Below are positions 26,093 to 29,996 of a DNA stretch of 29,996 nucleotides, piece by piece. A program made the translations under genes and the position numbers. The stretch is from a virus (taxonomy: Duplodnaviria; Caudoviricetes), in IMG/VR virus record IMGVR_UViG_3300025018_000424, positions 1 through 29,996 of that record. One strand, written 5' to 3'. A model generated the notes under the pieces. The model saw nothing but the letters and a program-made list of their open reading frames with translations. It did no database searches and had not been told where the DNA came from. Numbering within the stretch: position 1 is the stretch's first letter; every line of letters starts with the position of its first letter.

Positions 26093-26734
26093 TTAAACGC
26101 TCGATCCGGTCGGACGGTCTCCGAACAGATCGTAAAATCGTTCGAGCCACAAATCGCGCGCCGGGCGCCACTCTAGCCCGCGCGGCGTGACGTCGGCGGT
26201 CGCGTGCTCCGGGAATCCAGCAAGCTCGGGGTTTGCAAGCAGCCGCGTTTCCGCGTTGGCGACCTCGCGATCCGCCTGCTTAACCAGCGCCCGCACAAGC
26301 GGGTTTTCCGACGACTTGCGCAGCCCGAAAGCGGCGAAGATCGCGCGGCTGACGGACTGCTCGATTGGAATCCACGCGTCGTGGATCTCCGGTATGTCGT
26401 GCTTGATTGGCGTTGGCAGATCGGTCAGAGGTCCGTCGCTCGCGTCGTGCAGGAGCCCAACCTTCGCGACGATCAGTGCAAACGCGCGGCTTTCATGCGT
26501 GTCTAACGCTAGGTGATGCGCCCAAACGCTAACCAAGTAGCAGTGCTCGGCGTTGCCGTAGAAGACGTTAGGCGTCGCGCCCGAGTAGCGCGGTTTTTTC
26601 GCGAGCTGCTCGGCGATCATGCGCTGACGCCCGGCGAAGTCTTCAGGGCGCGGGTCGAGCGGAAAAAACCGTTCGCCGTCTAGTGTCTGCGTCCACGCGC
26701 CACGGCGACCGTGAATCGAGATGTGGTGCGGCAC
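26093..26734 (-). CDS. HD-domain 5'-deoxynucleotidase (YfdR/YfbR-like)
   Basis: 'F.PLDP.PED', 'RY.G....FY..AEH...VS', 'LLHDAS....D.PTP.K' and 'VK.AD....AE'. Confidence 0.8.
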   Translation of the reverse strand: MPHHISIHGRRGAWTQTLDGERFFPLDPRPEDFAGRQRMIAEQLAKKPRYSGATPNVFYGNAEHCYLVSVWAHHLALDTHESRAFALIVAKVGLLHDASDGPLTDLPTPIKHDIPEIHDAWIPIEQSVSRAIFAAFGLRKSSENPLVRALVKQADREVANAETRLLANPELAGFPEHATADVTPRGLEWRPARDLWLERFYDLFGDRPTGSSV

Positions 26735-26735
26735 T

Positions 26736-27170
26736 TTAGTTTAACATCCGTTCCGGGTCGGGCACGCTGCCCGCCTCGTGCTGCGCTTCGATCACCCGTA
26801 GCAGCGCGCGGGCGTCGCTCAGCGTGTTGACCCGATGCACGCGACCGAATGCCTCGAACACCGTGCAGGGCTTCCGGCTGATGATGATCACGACGCCACG
26901 CGTACCGCTGGCAACGTTACAGCCGAGCAAAAATCCCGCCTCGAACCACGTGCCGATCTCACGACCGGTGCTCGGTCTGACGATGATCGCGTGAGCGTTC
27001 CAAACGCCCTGCATATCGTTGAAGGCTTGCCGGCGCTGCTCGTCGAGATCGTCTGAATTCTCGTGCGACGTCCAATCGTACGTGATCGTGTGACCGTCGA
27101 TCTCGAGCGCGCGCATAGTCTTGCGGGCTAGGTTCTTGCGCTCGAATTTGCAAGCGACGTATACCTTCAC
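26736..27170 (-). CDS. Nucleoside 2-deoxyribosyltransferase-like protein
   Basis: 'KVYVA..F', 'GH.IT.DW', 'D..GV..A..II', 'G..FEAG' and 'VF' form the NDT/NDT-like pattern. Confidence 0.7.
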   Translation of the reverse strand: MKVYVACKFERKNLARKTMRALEIDGHTITYDWTSHENSDDLDEQRRQAFNDMQGVWNAHAIIVRPSTGREIGTWFEAGFLLGCNVASGTRGVVIIISRKPCTVFEAFGRVHRVNTLSDARALLRVIEAQHEAGSVPDPERMLN

Positions 27171-27240
27171 GATTCTGACCTCATGGTTTAGTTCTGTGGT
27201 GAAGTGATCGATGTTCGTCTTCGGTTGTCGATCGCTTCAG

Positions 27241-27302
27241 TGGGGCGTTCGGATTTGCACCGATGTAACGTGGTTGTGATCCCCGCGCAAACTAGCCGCC
27301 CC
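27241..27302 (-). ncRNA. tRNA-like element lacking a D arm
   Basis: Minus strand: acceptor-like stem GGGGCG/CGCCCC+A, an imperfect anticodon-like arm GCGGGG-ATCACAA-CCACGT, and a T-arm TCGG-TGCAAAT-CCGA. It has no D stem and no encoded CCA. Confidence 0.4.
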
Positions 27303-27357
27303 TAAAAAATTATCGACCGCCCTGAGACCCGGGATCCTGTTGGAACAGGGCGGTCGA
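27303..27357 (-). terminator. Intrinsic terminator after the SSB-like gene
   Basis: 12-bp perfect stem TCGACCGCCCTG/CAGGGCGGTCGA (27313-27324 and 27346-27357) with a 21-nt loop, followed on the minus strand by TAATTTTTT. Confidence 0.7.
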
Positions 27358-27371
27358 CGATTAGTCTAGTG

Positions 27372-28097
27372 CTACATGAGCCCGTTCAGGAAGTCGCCGC
27401 CGAGGTCCGCAGCGGGCGCGGGCGGCGGTTGGACCGGGGGCGGCGGTGCCGCGGGTGGTGCCGCGGGTGGTGCCGCGGGTGGTGCCGCGACCGGCGTCGT
27501 CGCGTCGAGTCGCGCACGGTTCGCCGCAACCGCGTCGGGTGTATTCGCACCCGGCATCGGCTTGAAGTTCAACACGCAAAGCCACTCGCTGCGCGGCTTG
27601 CCTTTGGACTTCTCGGTCTCGATCTGCGCCGTCGATGCGCGCACCTTCGATCCGCGCATCGGCTGCACAGCCAAGCCTTCTTGCTCACCGAGGTTCGACG
27701 CCTTCGCGATCCACCTGCCGAGCAGTGAGAACGGCTCGCTACCTTCGGCGGCGCACTTGGCGTTGAGCGCGACTTGCTGCTTGACGAGCTGATCTTCGGT
27801 CAGGTTCGTGAGCGCGAGCGCGAGCGACTTAGCGTTCGCCAGCGCCATATCACGATTCTTCGTGATGTTCCACACGACCGATACGATCGATCCGACCGGG
27901 TTCGGCGTCACGTCCGGCTCACACGCTTCCGCCTTGTCGACCCGCAGATCGACGACGATCGAATCCCCCTTGTATCCACCCGTCTTAATCTGGAACTTCT
28001 CGAGCGAATACTCGTAAATTCCCGAACGAACACGCTCGCCCTTCTCGAACGTCTTCGCACCTGCGATTGCATTCGCGATATCTGCCTTGCTACTCAT
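27372..28097 (-). CDS. Probable single-stranded DNA-binding protein
   Basis: 241 aa next to the helicase, with an AAGGAG RBS and its own terminator. It has a beta-rich core, a Pro/Ala linker and a short acidic/hydrophobic tail (DLGGDFLNGLM). The call rests on architecture and context. Confidence 0.55.
   Translation of the reverse strand: MSSKADIANAIAGAKTFEKGERVRSGIYEYSLEKFQIKTGGYKGDSIVVDLRVDKAEACEPDVTPNPVGSIVSVVWNITKNRDMALANAKSLALALTNLTEDQLVKQQVALNAKCAAEGSEPFSLLGRWIAKASNLGEQEGLAVQPMRGSKVRASTAQIETEKSKGKPRSEWLCVLNFKPMPGANTPDAVAANRARLDATTPVAAPPAAPPAAPPAAPPPPVQPPPAPAADLGGDFLNGLM
27445..27489. repeat. 12-bp tandem repeat GGTGCCGCGGGT x3.75, encoding (AAPP)n linker
   Basis: Three exact copies plus a 9-nt partial copy, in frame within the SSB-like gene. 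Confidence 0.9.
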
Positions 28098-28208
28098 ACT
28101 CTGATCTTCTCCTTACGCTTGTTCTGTCCTGACATCGGCGACCGCGGAATTGCGCCCCGCCGATCTGAAGATAACAACGCGCGATCGTGTCACGCGATCT
28201 ATCCGTCG

Positions 28209-29969
28209 CTACCACGTTTCGTCGCTCGCCAGAATCTTCTGAAACGAACCAACCGTATCGGTTACGTATAGTGCTAGCTGGCGCGCACGGTCCCACGCGT
28301 CGCACAATTCCTGTGTATGCCTGTACACGTACGTGTTGATAACCGGTGCCTCCTGCCCTTCGCGATGCAGCCGACCGATTAGTTGCTCCCACTTCGCCGC
28401 GCCGCCGGTACGTTTACTCTCAGGAGGATTCGCGACTAGCTGCGTGTCATAAATCCGTTGTAGTCCGTCGCGCCCTTCACCGTGCGAATTAATAGACGCG
28501 ATAATCGTCCGGTCGCCACGCTCCTTTAGTATCTCGACGGCATCCTTGCCGCCACCGAAGCGTGGCATACCAGATCGCTCGGCGAGCTTGGCGCCAAACG
28601 CACGATACTGGTACCAGACGATCCCGATGTTCTTAGCGCCCCATTTCGCCGCGTCGTCAACAAGGTACGTCGAGATCCATTCGGCTTCGGTCTTAGGCTT
28701 GACCAGCGAACGCAAGTCGCGCCATCGCGTCCACGTCGTTCCCACGTTCCACGTGGGCGCCGGTCCCTTGTAGCCCTGCGCGTGGCGCTCTGCCGCCATC
28801 GCGAGCAGCAAGGGCGAGTCAAGGTGCTCGACGCGATCGGTCAGCTTCGCTCGTACGGCGGCGTGCCAGTGCTTGCGCGCTTCAAGCCACGACTCGATCA
28901 GCGACTTGGGCTCGCCGTTCGGGAACGTCCAGTAGTAATAGAATCCCGATGCCATCTCTCGAGCGCAGCGAGATACCGCGAGCGCGTCGAGCAGCTCTTC
29001 GCCGTCGGGGCGCATCCCGGTCGACCGGATTGTGTTGATCGCGTTGATAACCTCCTGCGGCACCTTGCCCGGATCGCGGGCATGCATATACAGCGACGAC
29101 GGACAACCTGAATCAGACGTAGCGATCACACCGAGTGTATCTAGCAAACGGCGCTGATACGCACTGTGTAGTGATTCGTCGCCGCGAATCATCGCGGACA
29201 GTGCGCCGGGCGCCGCGGGATCTTGGTCTGGCGGGGGCGGATCGATCGCGTTCGACCATTCGATCGCGACCTCAGGATCGAGCGGCAGCGGCGAGCGGTC
29301 GCCGAGCGCGAGAGACGCAAAGTGATTATAGTCTAGGATCGTCCGATCGGTGAGCCCGCCGGACCACGCGCACAATCCGGTATCGGGCTTGCGCCTGTAC
29401 AGGTTCAGAAAGCGGGCGCCGCGGGCGGTATCAATATTGCGTAGATGATGCGCTTCGTCGCCGATGACGAGATCGGGATCGAGTTGTAACAACAATTCCG
29501 TCGCTTCGTGGCGCGATAGCCGCGAGTAAGGCACGATGTACAACGACGGTCGACCGGGTCGCGTCTTATCGATCCAAGCCTGTTTTTTGTGAACTAGTGT
29601 CGGCGTGTGCCAGTGCTGATCCCACAGCTCGTATTCACGGATAAACTGATCAACAAGCTTTGGCGGCAGTAACAACACAGCTGATTTACAGCCGGGCGAT
29701 ACGGTCGGAGCTAGGATGTTAAGCCCCGCTTTTCCGGCTCCGACCCCGATCGCTCCGAGAATACCCCCGACCCGGGCAAGCTCGTAAAGCGCCCACGCTT
29801 GCACTGGTTTTAGTCGCAGGATGCAGCGTCGACCGCGACTCTGGCAGGAGCACGGCGTTGCGCGTTCGCGCCGAAGCCTCGACGTCATCAGCTCGGTTAC
29901 CGCCTCGAGATCGACCTTCGATCGATCGCGGTACGGTAGGCTCAGGACGCGATGCAGGTCGGGCGACAT
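28209..29969 (-). CDS. Superfamily 2 (SNF2-like) helicase; true start may lie beyond the window
   Basis: Q motif 'LKPVQ', Walker A 'GVGAGKA', 'DEAHH' and motif VI 'EQLIGRLHREGQ'. The frame is open from the window edge to ATG 29969. Confidence 0.85.
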   Translation of the reverse strand: MSPDLHRVLSLPYRDRSKVDLEAVTELMTSRLRRERATPCSCQSRGRRCILRLKPVQAWALYELARVGGILGAIGVGAGKAGLNILAPTVSPGCKSAVLLLPPKLVDQFIREYELWDQHWHTPTLVHKKQAWIDKTRPGRPSLYIVPYSRLSRHEATELLLQLDPDLVIGDEAHHLRNIDTARGARFLNLYRRKPDTGLCAWSGGLTDRTILDYNHFASLALGDRSPLPLDPEVAIEWSNAIDPPPPDQDPAAPGALSAMIRGDESLHSAYQRRLLDTLGVIATSDSGCPSSLYMHARDPGKVPQEVINAINTIRSTGMRPDGEELLDALAVSRCAREMASGFYYYWTFPNGEPKSLIESWLEARKHWHAAVRAKLTDRVEHLDSPLLLAMAAERHAQGYKGPAPTWNVGTTWTRWRDLRSLVKPKTEAEWISTYLVDDAAKWGAKNIGIVWYQYRAFGAKLAERSGMPRFGGGKDAVEILKERGDRTIIASINSHGEGRDGLQRIYDTQLVANPPESKRTGGAAKWEQLIGRLHREGQEAPVINTYVYRHTQELCDAWDRARQLALYVTDTVGSFQKILASDETW

Positions 29970-29996
29970 GCGCGGCGAGCGCCGGCCCCACTCGCC

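Noticed and set aside
14625-26734. Calling this a Z-genome (2-aminoadenine) phage
   Set aside because: There is no purZ in the window, and a Dam-like adenine methyltransferase is encoded. The hydrolases alone are not diagnostic.
27268-27286. Plus-strand TTGTGAT loop resembling a tRNA-His anticodon arm
   Set aside because: The T-arm-like motif and arm order make sense only on the minus strand, which is also the transcribed strand here.
27445-27489. Tandem repeat as a CRISPR array or origin iterons
   Set aside because: The units are 12 bp with no spacers and lie in frame within a Pro/Ala linker.

Overview
This window is about 30 kb of a GC-rich tailed dsDNA phage (or prophage) with a contractile tail, made of two convergent gene blocks that meet at about 15.82-15.87 kb. 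The + strand (1-15820) carries head closure, an unexplained 452-aa virion-region protein, tail terminator, sheath, tube, a tail assembly chaperone with a -1 frameshift, tape measure, a full baseplate set and a short fibre-like protein. These are followed by three membrane proteins, a T5 A1-like metallophosphoesterase, a dATP/dGTP diphosphohydrolase-like protein and a GNAT. The - strand (29996-15872) carries an SF2 helicase, a probable SSB, NDT-like, HD and MazG-like nucleotide enzymes, a beta-clamp-like protein, a Dam-like methylase, family A DNA polymerase, endonuclease VII, a GP88-like protein, an intein-containing methylase, a RuvC-like resolvase and a HEXXH lipoprotein. The most striking observation is that the last ~22 codons of the polymerase occur twice, flanking the EndoVII gene and differing mainly at synonymous sites, which fits a free-standing homing endonuclease that brings a recoded replacement 3' end for the gene it invades. 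Also notable are a D-armless tRNA-like element, a near-leaderless sigma70 promoter with an operator-like palindrome, a CBM-like insert in baseplate J, and strong CGATCG excess with GGCC deficit. All family calls come from motif recognition by eye; no database search was run.
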